A DNA stretch of 32,000 nucleotides from Coprobacillaceae bacterium (lineage in GTDB: Bacteria; Bacillota_I; Bacilli_A; Erysipelotrichales; Coprobacillaceae). The translations under genes were made by a program, and so were the position numbers. Position 1 is the stretch's first letter; every line of letters begins with the position of its first letter. This document shows, piece by piece, positions 15,600 through 23,465 of this stretch. Where the stretch lies: NCBI GenBank assembly GCA_963675515.1, contig OY776328.1:2160001-2192000 (forward strand), read 5' to 3'. The notes beneath the pieces are model-generated. The model saw nothing but the letters and a program-made list of their open reading frames with translations, did not search any database and was not told the DNA's origin.

Positions 15600-16433
15600 C
15601 TAGTATTGCAGTCCCGGATTGAAAAAGCCGATCAGCACCCCGACAAAAGCCACGACAACCAGGATTCCCATCACCTTGGTTGGCGAGATCTTGCGTTTTG
15701 ACATCAGCCACCAGCAGATCACTACAGTCACCGCTGTGAGCAGTTTGGGATAGACGGAATTCAATGAATTGTTCAGATCGACAATGACTTCACCGTTGGC
15801 ATCAAGCATCCTGAAGGCTGTCGACACATTGATCCATGAAGCTGCCACCGCACCGATGACCATGGCACCGACAATCTGGATCGACTCGCGGATGGCCTGG
15901 GCTTTTTCCCCGACCAGGATTTCCACCGCTTTTCCCCCAAGCTGGTAACCTTTGAAATAGATGAAGCGCATCCCCAGAAGGGCAAACAGGTTCCAGGTAA
16001 CGACATAGAACAATGGCCCGATGATCGAACCGCCACTGGCAAGACCTAGGGCGATCCCCAAAAGGATAGGAATGACCGTACCGACGATCAGGGAATCCCC
16101 GATTCCGGCCAGGGGCCCCATCAATCCGGCTCTTAGACCATTGATTGTCTCGTCATCAACCGGTTCACCGTTGGCTCTGGCCTGTTCAAGTCCGGCAGTG
16201 ACCCCGACCACCACAGCCCCGATCTGCGGTTCCGTGTTGAAAAAGGCGGTGTATGTCTTCATCGAGCGCGCCAGTTTGTCGGGCTCACCCGCATACAGTT
16301 CCTGGCAGATTGGAAGCATCGCGCTTAGATAACCGAATGTCTGCATGTGTTCTTGAGAGAAGCAGGTCAGATTGCCATAGAACCATAGCCAGAATGATTT
16401 GTTCAAAGTCTTCTTGCTTAATTGTTTTTCCAT
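15600..16433 (-). CDS. PTS mannose/fructose/sorbose-family EIID component
   Basis: 277 aa. N-terminus LNKSFWLWFYGNLTCFSQEHMQTFGY and the overall pattern are typical of ManZ-like IID proteins. Confidence 0.9.
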   Translation of the reverse strand: MEKQLSKKTLNKSFWLWFYGNLTCFSQEHMQTFGYLSAMLPICQELYAGEPDKLARSMKTYTAFFNTEPQIGAVVVGVTAGLEQARANGEPVDDETINGLRAGLMGPLAGIGDSLIVGTVIPILLGIALGLASGGSIIGPLFYVVTWNLFALLGMRFIYFKGYQLGGKAVEILVGEKAQAIRESIQIVGAMVIGAVAASWINVSTAFRMLDANGEVIVDLNNSLNSVYPKLLTAVTVVICWWLMSKRKISPTKVMGILVVVAFVGVLIGFFNPGLQY

Positions 16434-16434
16434 T

Positions 16435-17274
16435 CTAGATATCCTCCTCTTCGTCCAGGGTCGCTCCAGTAGCGGATCTGGTTGCCAGTTTGGCTGTCTT
16501 GATCTCGTATTTGATAAAAGCGAACATTGCCGCTATGACAGTGGCGCTCACCAGGTTCAATCCCATCGAAGCCGCCAAAGTGAAGCCAAAGAAAAACGGA
16601 ATGAAGTCGGTAGCTTTCAGGCAGATCTGTTTTAGCAGGATGGCTACCCCGACCGCAGGCAGGAGTGAACCGACCGTGAAGATCGTTTTCATCGCCAGAC
16701 CGTCCATTGGCAGATACATCTTGATGGCGTCGACCGCCGGCGCCCCAAGACGGCACATGATCAAAGCCGGAATGAATGAACAGATAATATGCGAAACCCA
16801 AGGATAAAGCATGTTCACCCGGTAGATCTGCTTGTAGTTCCCCTTGTCGATCGCGTTCCATCCGATCCCTTGCCAGATCAGGTTCATGGTCGCGGTCAGA
16901 TAGAACAGCACGGTTCCCACCGTCCCGACCAGAACCCCGAATCCGGTTGCCAGTGACACCCCGTCAGTGGCGGCAGGATCCAATCCGTAAGCCTTCAAGG
17001 CAACCATCGCCAATGGGATCCCGATATAAGACACGGCCCGGACATCGGCACTGACCGTTCCTCCAGGTGTGACCAGGGCGATATAGACCAGCTGCATCGC
17101 CGCTCCGACCATGATTCCGGTGCGAAGATCGCCAAGAATCGCTCCCACGACCATTCCGGCCACCAAAGGCCTTCCCAAAGTGTAATTCCCAAATGTAGTC
17201 CCGCCAAGACCAGGCATCGATGAAAGGCAGGCGAACAATCCCAGCAATGCTGCTTGTAACCAACTTATTTCCAT
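16435..17274 (-). CDS. PTS mannose/fructose/sorbose-family EIIC component
   Basis: 279 aa and polytopic, with an acidic C-terminal tail. It is positioned between IIB and IID. Confidence 0.85.
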   Translation of the reverse strand: MEISWLQAALLGLFACLSSMPGLGGTTFGNYTLGRPLVAGMVVGAILGDLRTGIMVGAAMQLVYIALVTPGGTVSADVRAVSYIGIPLAMVALKAYGLDPAATDGVSLATGFGVLVGTVGTVLFYLTATMNLIWQGIGWNAIDKGNYKQIYRVNMLYPWVSHIICSFIPALIMCRLGAPAVDAIKMYLPMDGLAMKTIFTVGSLLPAVGVAILLKQICLKATDFIPFFFGFTLAASMGLNLVSATVIAAMFAFIKYEIKTAKLATRSATGATLDEEEDI

Positions 17275-17289
17275 AATCTCTCTCCTTTT

Positions 17290-17781
17290 CTAGTAACCGA
17301 ATTTTCCTCTGAATTTGCGCCAGTTGCCGATTGCGGCTTCCTTGATCAGCGCGAATTCGATATTGTAGCCCGCGGCCATGATGCTTTCCAAAGCCGCAGC
17401 CTCCTGGGGTGTGACCGACTGGTTGTTGCCAAGCTTGATCGCCCCTTCGCGGTCGTTGCACGGCCCCACGATCACATCCTTGATTCCCGGATCGAATCCC
17501 TGTTCGACCAGGATCTTTTCCAGGTCGATGGGATTCTTGGTGATCAGAAAGTACCGTGAATCGCTGTCCAAAACTTTTTGAGCCTTCTGTTTGAATTCAT
17601 CCAGAGTCCATATGAAAGTTTTCTTGTCGCTGGCCGACTTGTACGCCGCCTTTAACACCGGATTGCTTGCCGCATTGTCATTGACCGCGATCAGCCCGTC
17701 ACATGGATACTCCAGTGACCAGCGGGTCACCGTCTGACCATGGATCATCCTATCGTCAATCCGAATAAATGAAATCGCCAT
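17290..17781 (-). CDS. PTS mannose-family EIIB component
   Basis: MAISFIRIDDRMIHGQ carries the phospho-His motif of Man-class IIB. 163 aa. Confidence 0.9.
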   Translation of the reverse strand: MAISFIRIDDRMIHGQTVTRWSLEYPCDGLIAVNDNAASNPVLKAAYKSASDKKTFIWTLDEFKQKAQKVLDSDSRYFLITKNPIDLEKILVEQGFDPGIKDVIVGPCNDREGAIKLGNNQSVTPQEAAALESIMAAGYNIEFALIKEAAIGNWRKFRGKFGY

Positions 17782-17795
17782 TTTCTCTCTCTCCT

Positions 17796-18218
17796 TTAAA
17801 TGTCTTCGTCTTCGCCGCTTTCCAGCACGAACTCCTTGATGGAACCGGTGGCTTCTTTGATAATTGCCGATACCAGCTGGTCTGTGGCCATTGTGTCCTT
17901 CATCAATACACAGCTTAACACCAGCGGCAGGTTCATTCCCCCGATGATCACTGCCTGACCAAGAAGCTTGGCTTCATCAAGGTAGCTTAAAGTCGTCGAT
18001 AGCGGCGAACCGCCGATGATATCCCCTAGTATTATCAACTCGTCATCTTTTGACACACTTTCAAGCAGAACTTTTAGATTCTCCTTGAACCCGTCGACTC
18101 CCTGTCCCTCAAGAAGCCCCAGGCAAAGCACTTCCTCGCGCTTGCCTGCAAGCATCTCCAGGCTGTCCTTGATTCCCGCAGCCATTTTGCCATGGCTGAC
18201 CATCACTACATATTTCAT
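17796..18218 (-). CDS. PTS mannose-family EIIA component
   Basis: MKYVVMVSHGKMAAG is the Man-class IIA His motif. ATG 18218 lies 7 nt after AGGAGG (18231-18226), and ATG 18221 is also possible. The ORF-track start at 18239 is TTG without an RBS. Confidence 0.85.
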   Translation of the reverse strand: MKYVVMVSHGKMAAGIKDSLEMLAGKREEVLCLGLLEGQGVDGFKENLKVLLESVSKDDELIILGDIIGGSPLSTTLSYLDEAKLLGQAVIIGGMNLPLVLSCVLMKDTMATDQLVSAIIKEATGSIKEFVLESGEDEDI

Positions 18219-18292
18219 CATCTTCCCTCCTGACAACAACCATTGTATAATAGCGCTTACTTTTTTCCCATTGGGATATGTAACATGTTTTG

Positions 18293-18313
18293 TTTACGTT
18301 TATCACCCGTAAA
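18293..18313 (-). promoter_or_regulatory. Inverted repeat TTTACG-N9-CGTAAA upstream of the PTS promoter (candidate response-regulator site)
   Basis: Perfect 6-bp arms at 18293-18298 and 18308-18313, centred about 50-55 nt upstream of the -10-like TATTAT (18252-18247). The hexamer at the -35 position is poor (CCCAAT). Confidence 0.3.
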
Positions 18314-18328
18314 AATGACAAAAGTCAC

Positions 18329-18352
18329 AAAAAAAACAGCCGGATAGGCTGT
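18329..18352 (-). terminator. Rho-independent terminator ending the sensory operon
   Basis: The minus strand reads ACAGCC, loop TATCC, GGCTGT, then T8 (plus-strand stem arms 18336-18341 and 18347-18352, preceded by an A-run at 18329-18336). It overlaps the stop codon of the binding-protein gene. Confidence 0.8.
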
Positions 18353-19638
18353 CATTTGGTTGCCTGGATCATCAGCTGTTCCATCTGTTTCTGAACATCG
18401 ATAAGATAAAGGTCGATATCCTGGTCGGTGGTAAGGGCACCGCTTAATTTCAAGAGCGCCTGGTCATAAAGATCATTGTAGCCTGAAATGTTTTGGGACG
18501 TCGCAGCTTCTTCCATGCCCCGGTCGATGACCGCCAAATCGAAATCCACGTCGAGCGACTGTCCGCTTAGCAGGTCCTTGGTCGCCTTTGAGTTGACCAC
18601 ACTCACCAGGGGCGATATGCCCTGCGAGGTGGCGAAGTAGTCCTGCTGGAAACAGGAATCATAGCTCAACATCCTGACAAACTTGAAGGCGGCCAGCTTG
18701 TCCTGGCACCTGGATGAGATCCCCATCAGCAGCGCGCTACAGCCCCCGGAATCGACCCCGTTAGCCGGGAGGTTGATGCAATCCCATTTGAAAGTCGAGT
18801 ATCGGGTGAGATTGTAGGGATAGAAGCGATAAGTCCGAAACTGGGAAAACGGCAGCTTCGCAAACGCCACCTTGCCTAGATCGAAGTCATCAAGACTCAG
18901 AGTGGTCCGGCCGTTGAGGGCGGTAAGCTTTTTGTAGTACTCGATTGCCGCTTTGGTCGAAGCATGGTCGATGGTAAAGCAACCCTGAGCGAAAAAATCG
19001 ATGCCATAGGCGTCAAACACATCACCCAGGTCATAGTTGCAACAGCCAAACTGGTCAACAGTCCCATCGCCGTTGGTATCCCTGGTAGCCTGCTGGCAGA
19101 CCTGGTAGAACTCCTCAAGATCAAGCCGGCCTTCGATTGTGATTCCTTCTTTTTCAAGCAATGTCTCGTTGACAAAAAGCAAATCGAGATCGCAGTCGAC
19201 TGGCAAACCATACCTGTTATTCTTGTATTCGCCGGCTTTCAAAGGGGCCTGGTAGTAGCTTTCCAGGTCGAAACTTTGATCCTGGGCGATCATGTCATCA
19301 AGGGGGCAAAGCGCATTGATTGATGCCAGTGAGGCGAAATCCTCCTCGAAAACAAGATAGATGTCAGGTTCCTTGCCCGCAACAATCAGTGAGTTGAGAT
19401 AATTGGAATAATCCTCCTTCAAGATGCCGCTGACATATTCGACTTCGATATCGTACTTGTCCTGATAGGTAGCTTTAAGCTTATCAATGACGTCATAGAT
19501 GTTGAAGTTGGCATCCGACCAGGGATTGCCCGCAAAAAGGCCGATAGTCAGCTTGTCGGGCCGCTGGAGATGGTTGTAGTAATAGCTCGACAGGGCAATG
19601 ATCACCACCAGCGGGATTATGATGATTTTACGTTTCAC
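18352..19638 (-). CDS. Extracellular solute-binding protein (family 1, MalE-like), membrane-anchored, with no cognate ABC permease nearby
   Basis: 428 aa. GTG start with N-terminus (M)KRKIIIIPLVVIIALSSYYY, a K/R-rich stretch plus TM helix with no lipobox Cys. The body resembles sugar-type family-1 SBPs. It overlaps the response-regulator gene by 11 nt. Confidence 0.75.
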   Translation of the reverse strand: MKRKIIIIPLVVIIALSSYYYNHLQRPDKLTIGLFAGNPWSDANFNIYDVIDKLKATYQDKYDIEVEYVSGILKEDYSNYLNSLIVAGKEPDIYLVFEEDFASLASINALCPLDDMIAQDQSFDLESYYQAPLKAGEYKNNRYGLPVDCDLDLLFVNETLLEKEGITIEGRLDLEEFYQVCQQATRDTNGDGTVDQFGCCNYDLGDVFDAYGIDFFAQGCFTIDHASTKAAIEYYKKLTALNGRTTLSLDDFDLGKVAFAKLPFSQFRTYRFYPYNLTRYSTFKWDCINLPANGVDSGGCSALLMGISSRCQDKLAAFKFVRMLSYDSCFQQDYFATSQGISPLVSVVNSKATKDLLSGQSLDVDFDLAVIDRGMEEAATSQNISGYNDLYDQALLKLSGALTTDQDIDLYLIDVQKQMEQLMIQATK

Positions 19639-20302
19639 TGGAAAAATCCTCGTTGATAAGATTCGTCTGGACCGCCCAGATCGCCACCTGGGTCCGATCC
19701 CGCAGCTGGAGCTTGTTCAAGATGATCGAGATGTAGTTGCGAACGGTCCCCGGGGAAAAATGGAGCTTGTCGGCGATCTCCTTGTTGGAAAGGCCAAAGC
19801 CGATCTGCTGGGCCACCAGCTTCTCCTTTACGCTAAGACTCTGGCAATCCTCGTCTGAAACACTGATCGTGTTGGGATTCCCCTCGCTTGAAAAGCGTTG
19901 GAGGATCTTCATCGCGATGTCCGGATTGATCATTGCGCCCCCTTCGTACACTTCCCTGATCGAATCATAGAGCTTGTCCATCGAGATCCCCTTAAGCAGG
20001 TAGCCGCATGCCCCGTTTTTCAAGGCGGAAAAGACATACTCGTCGTCGTCAAAGGTCGTCAGCACGATGATCTTCGTTCCGGGATAGAGCTCCTTGACTT
20101 CCCTGGTAGCCAGGACCCCATCCATGTTGGGCATCCGGATATCCATCAATATCACATCCGCCTGGTTGAGTTTCATATAGTCGAGCACTTCAAGACCGTC
20201 CCTGGCCGTAGCGACAATCTGGATGTCCTCCCGGGCACCCAGCACGATTTTAAGCGATTCCCGGATAAGCTCCTGGTCGTCTGCTATAATTACCTTTATC
20301 AT
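19628..20302 (-). CDS. NarL/LuxR-family response regulator
   Basis: Receiver domain motifs IIADDQ...ILMDIRMP...LTTFDDDEY. C-terminal GerE/LuxR HTH LSNKEIADKLHFSPGTVRNYISIILNKL. RBS GAGGGGG lies upstream. Confidence 0.9.
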   Translation of the reverse strand: MIKVIIADDQELIRESLKIVLGAREDIQIVATARDGLEVLDYMKLNQADVILMDIRMPNMDGVLATREVKELYPGTKIIVLTTFDDDEYVFSALKNGACGYLLKGISMDKLYDSIREVYEGGAMINPDIAMKILQRFSSEGNPNTISVSDEDCQSLSVKEKLVAQQIGFGLSNKEIADKLHFSPGTVRNYISIILNKLQLRDRTQVAIWAVQTNLINEDFSSET

Positions 20303-20306
20303 TGTT

Positions 20307-21602
20307 TTACCCCCTCTGCATTTTCAATGTCACAATAAGTTTGAATCCTTGCGAAACGTCGATGTCCACCGTGCCGTTCAGGGCCTGGATGCGCTCCTTC
20401 ATCTGCTTGATGCCATAACCTTCGACTAGCTCACCGCAGCCTTTCCCGTCGTCTTCGATGATTATCACGATGCTTTGTCCGATCAGACTAAGCGATATGG
20501 AAACCTGGCTGGCTTGGCCGTGGCGTTTGGCATTGGTAATACCTTCCTGGATGGTCCTGAAGATGGCATCTTCGCGCAGGTTGTCAAGGTCCAGATCGGG
20601 CAGGTTGTAGTCGAGGGCTATTGCGACCTGGCTGGCGGCCCCGAAATTTTCGCACACCTTGGTCAGCGCCTCTTTCAGGTTGCTTTGTAAAAGCGCATCG
20701 GGACGGAGCTTTTGCAGGGAATTGCGGACATCGCCGATGCCCTCCCGCACCACCTTTGACAATGTGTCCAGCTGCCTTTTGGTGGCATCGATGTCGACAT
20801 CGATCAAAGTGACACAGGCATCGATTCCCGCCGCAATCCCGGTAAGGGCATGGCCCAGCGTGTCATGAAGCTCCCGGGCGAGCCGCTTGCGTTCATTGTT
20901 TTCCCCGATCTTCTCGGTCAGGGTCGCATAGACCTTCAGCTTCTCGTTGACCGAATTGATCATGACCAGCTCACTGGCGATCCTCTCGTTTTCCCGGATC
21001 TGGTGAGCGATGAAGGCCAGGAGATAGATGATGAAAAGCAGGAAGTTGATCCCGTCGAAAACGCTCATAAGCAGATTGATCGAATTGACGCTCGCTGCGG
21101 GATTGAACTCGACATAGCTGGTGAAACTCGGGATTTTCACGAATGTCGAAATCACATTGTACCGGGAAAAAGTCGAGATAATGAACATGACCACAAGGAT
21201 GCTGGGAATCGAGTGGTTCTTGTTTATCTTGGAAATGAAATCGACGAAGATCACCAGGATCAATCCCGTGTAGCCAAAATAGACAAGGTAACCGATCAGA
21301 AAATAGATGACCAGCTCGCATACGATCGTGATAATCGCCTGGTTGAGATTCATCTTCTGGTTTTCAAAGTAGATGATGATGCTAAAAAGGGCAAGATACA
21401 GGATCGTTGTGCCAAAGTAGACCACCTCGGGCCGGTGGGGCAGGGATTCGATGTTTTTTAGAAATATCGTCGATAGCGAATTGTTCACCACATAGTTGGT
21501 CGTCGAAAGAATGATCCAGGCCATATAGGTTATGACGATGAAATTGACGATAAGCATCAGGTATTTGATGTTGCGCAGGTTGACGTATCTGATCAGCTTC
21601 AT
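20307..21602 (-). CDS. Sensor histidine kinase, HisKA_3 (NarL-partner) class, about 6 TM helices and no extracytoplasmic domain
   Basis: H-box RLARELHDTLGHALTG, N-box ITNAKRHG, G-boxes DDGKG and GYGIKQMKERI. The N-terminal 200 aa are almost entirely TM helices with loops of 25 aa or less. The likely start is ATG 21602, overlapping the upstream stop as TGATG; the ORF-track start at 21611 is GTG. Confidence 0.85.
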   Translation of the reverse strand: MKLIRYVNLRNIKYLMLIVNFIVITYMAWIILSTTNYVVNNSLSTIFLKNIESLPHRPEVVYFGTTILYLALFSIIIYFENQKMNLNQAIITIVCELVIYFLIGYLVYFGYTGLILVIFVDFISKINKNHSIPSILVVMFIISTFSRYNVISTFVKIPSFTSYVEFNPAASVNSINLLMSVFDGINFLLFIIYLLAFIAHQIRENERIASELVMINSVNEKLKVYATLTEKIGENNERKRLARELHDTLGHALTGIAAGIDACVTLIDVDIDATKRQLDTLSKVVREGIGDVRNSLQKLRPDALLQSNLKEALTKVCENFGAASQVAIALDYNLPDLDLDNLREDAIFRTIQEGITNAKRHGQASQVSISLSLIGQSIVIIIEDDGKGCGELVEGYGIKQMKERIQALNGTVDIDVSQGFKLIVTLKMQRG

Positions 21603-22546
21603 CACTGCCACCCGAGCATATTGGAATATGCCACATTTTCCTTGGTGATCAAAGTGGTGTCAAGGCTGATGGTCTTCTCCACGCTTTCATGGCCGATCAG
21701 CCTGTAGCCGTTGGTTATCGCCTGACCTCCCAGCTGTCGGGGCGACTGGCTGGCGGTCGCCATGATATTGGGATTGGAAACAAGCAACTTCTTGATTTCC
21801 GGGGACCCGTCGACCCCATAGACCTGGATATCCTTGCCAAGCAGCTCCACTGCCGCCAGGGCTCCCAGGGCACTCGTGTCATTGAGCGCCATGATCACAT
21901 CGACTTCAGGGTTGACTCCTAGATATTCGGCCACTTGATTGTAGGCCAGGTCGGTCTGGCCCAGACAATCGAGCTCTGCGACGATCCGGTAGTCTGGATC
22001 GCCTTCAATAACGTCCCTGAAGCCGTCAATCCGCGCTTTGGCCGCCATCACCTGATTGTGCTCGAGGATCAGGATATTGGCCTGGTCGCGCAAAGATTTC
22101 ATATATCTGGCGCAGTCCCCTCCGGCATCGTAGTTGTTCGAAATGACCAGGCAATCATAGAGGTCCGGATTGGAAATGGTCGAATCGACCAGGACGACCG
22201 GAATGCCCGCATCCTTGGCCTCCTGGAGGGCCGGTTCGATCTGTTTGACGTCTACCGGATTGACGATAAGCAGGTCGATGTACTGAGCAATCAGGTATCT
22301 TATCTCCTCTGACTGGCGCTGGCTGTCCTGGCAGCCATCAAGGGTGATTATCGTGTCGCCGTTGGCCTTTACAGCCTTGGTGATCTCATTGTTTATTACC
22401 TGGAAGAACGATTTGTCGAGCTCCATATAGGTCGCCCCGATCAAAAAGTGCTGCTGGTTCAGCCGGGATGAATCGGTATACGACAGGAAGATCAGACCGG
22501 AAAATGTGAGACTCACAACCACCATTATCTTGATCAATGACTTCAT
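21602..22546 (-). CDS. Type-I periplasmic binding protein (RbsB/LacI-fold sugar-binding), membrane-anchored, with no cognate ABC permease nearby
   Basis: 314 aa. The N-terminal anchor MKSLIKIMVVVSLTFSGLIFL has no lipobox Cys. The motif LLIVNPVDVKQIEPALQEAKDAGIPVVLVDS is typical of the Peripla_BP fold. Confidence 0.8.
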   Translation of the reverse strand: MKSLIKIMVVVSLTFSGLIFLSYTDSSRLNQQHFLIGATYMELDKSFFQVINNEITKAVKANGDTIITLDGCQDSQRQSEEIRYLIAQYIDLLIVNPVDVKQIEPALQEAKDAGIPVVLVDSTISNPDLYDCLVISNNYDAGGDCARYMKSLRDQANILILEHNQVMAAKARIDGFRDVIEGDPDYRIVAELDCLGQTDLAYNQVAEYLGVNPEVDVIMALNDTSALGALAAVELLGKDIQVYGVDGSPEIKKLLVSNPNIMATASQSPRQLGGQAITNGYRLIGHESVEKTISLDTTLITKENVAYSNMLGWQ

Positions 22547-22572
22547 TGGACATGCCCCCTTTCCTGTTTTCC

Positions 22573-22612
22573 ATTATATATGACATTTATAACTGCAACA
22601 ATTGATAATTGT
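22573..22612 (-). promoter_or_regulatory. Candidate promoter of the sensory operon with an overlapping palindrome
   Basis: The minus strand reads TTGTTG (22601-22596), 17 nt spacer, TATAAT (22578-22573). The palindrome ACAATT-gat-AATTGT (22598-22612) overlaps the -35. Confidence 0.45.
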
Positions 22613-22663
22613 CACTATTTTTTGGAATCGGAACCATTATAATTTAACTGAGGAGTTGATTCA

Positions 22664-23452
22664 ATGAATTACAAGATAGTTTTTTGCGATCTGGACGGGA
22701 CCTTGCTTGGAGATGACCATCAATTGTCCATAACAAACGCCAATGCCATCAAAAATCTTCCAGTGCCATTTGTCGCCGTGTCCGCCAGGATGCCTAAAGG
22801 GATAACCTGTTTTACCGATCAGCTGGAGATCGACTATCCAATCTGCGCCTACAACGGCGCCTATATTATCCATCAAGACCAAATCATCAACAATAAGACC
22901 ATACCGGCTGACATTGTCAAAGAAGTAACAGCCATGCTCAAACAGACGTCAAGCCATCTTTCAATCTACCAGGAAGACGAGTGGTACATCGAAAAACATG
23001 ATTGTCCAAGCCAAAACGAGTCAAGGATCACAAATATCTTTCCTACCGTCGTGGATTTTGATCGAATCGACCTGTCCAATGTCAACAAGCTTCTTGTAAT
23101 TTCCTCTTTGGATGATATCGATGATATCCTGGCTTCACTTTCCATCTACCAAGACCAGGTCGATATTGCCAGATCCAAGATAGACTATATCGAGATAACG
23201 CCAAAAGGCGCTTCCAAAAAGGAAGCGGTTGGCCTGATTTTGAAATATTACGGTTTGAAACCAGAACAAGCCATCGCCATTGGTGACAACTACAATGACG
23301 AAGGGATGATAGAAGCGGTTGGCAAAGGCATTCTGCTGGCCAACGCGCCTTGTGTTCTCAAATCACGATACGAAACAAGCGAATACACCAACGACCAGGA
23401 TGGCGTGAGCAGGATCCTGGAACAGCTGATAAGCAGAAAACGAGCCCGATAA
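22664..23452 (+). CDS. Cof-type HAD-IIB family hydrolase (second copy in the window)
   Basis: Motifs YKIVFCDLDGTL, SARMP and GDNYNDEGMIEAVG. RBS GAGGAG lies upstream. Confidence 0.85.
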   Translation: MNYKIVFCDLDGTLLGDDHQLSITNANAIKNLPVPFVAVSARMPKGITCFTDQLEIDYPICAYNGAYIIHQDQIINNKTIPADIVKEVTAMLKQTSSHLSIYQEDEWYIEKHDCPSQNESRITNIFPTVVDFDRIDLSNVNKLLVISSLDDIDDILASLSIYQDQVDIARSKIDYIEITPKGASKKEAVGLILKYYGLKPEQAIAIGDNYNDEGMIEAVGKGILLANAPCVLKSRYETSEYTNDQDGVSRILEQLISRKRAR

Positions 23453-23465
23453 AGGACTCGTTTTT
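23439..23465 (+). terminator. Weak candidate terminator after the HAD gene
   Basis: AACGAG (23439-23444), 12-nt loop, CTCGTT (23457-23462), T-run. The long loop and short stem make it weak. Confidence 0.3.

Noticed and set aside
18248-18261. A cre-like (CcpA) site, AGTAAGCGCTATTA on the minus strand, overlapping the -10 of the PTS promoter.
   Set aside because: It has two mismatches to WTGNAANCGNWNNCW at conserved positions (T2 and C14). It is plausible for a sugar PTS but too degenerate to call without a scoring matrix or comparative data.
18316-18327. The palindrome TGAC-N4-GTCA upstream of the PTS promoter, considered as an independent operator.
   Set aside because: The arms are only 4 bp and such a palindrome is expected by chance. 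It is mentioned only as context for the stronger 6-bp dyad next to it.
6089-23452. The two Cof-type HAD hydrolase genes (6089-6856 and 22664-23452), considered as a recent duplication or repeat.
   Set aside because: The protein sequences share only family motifs (DLDGTL, GD.YND) and are otherwise divergent, so they are paralogs rather than a repeat.
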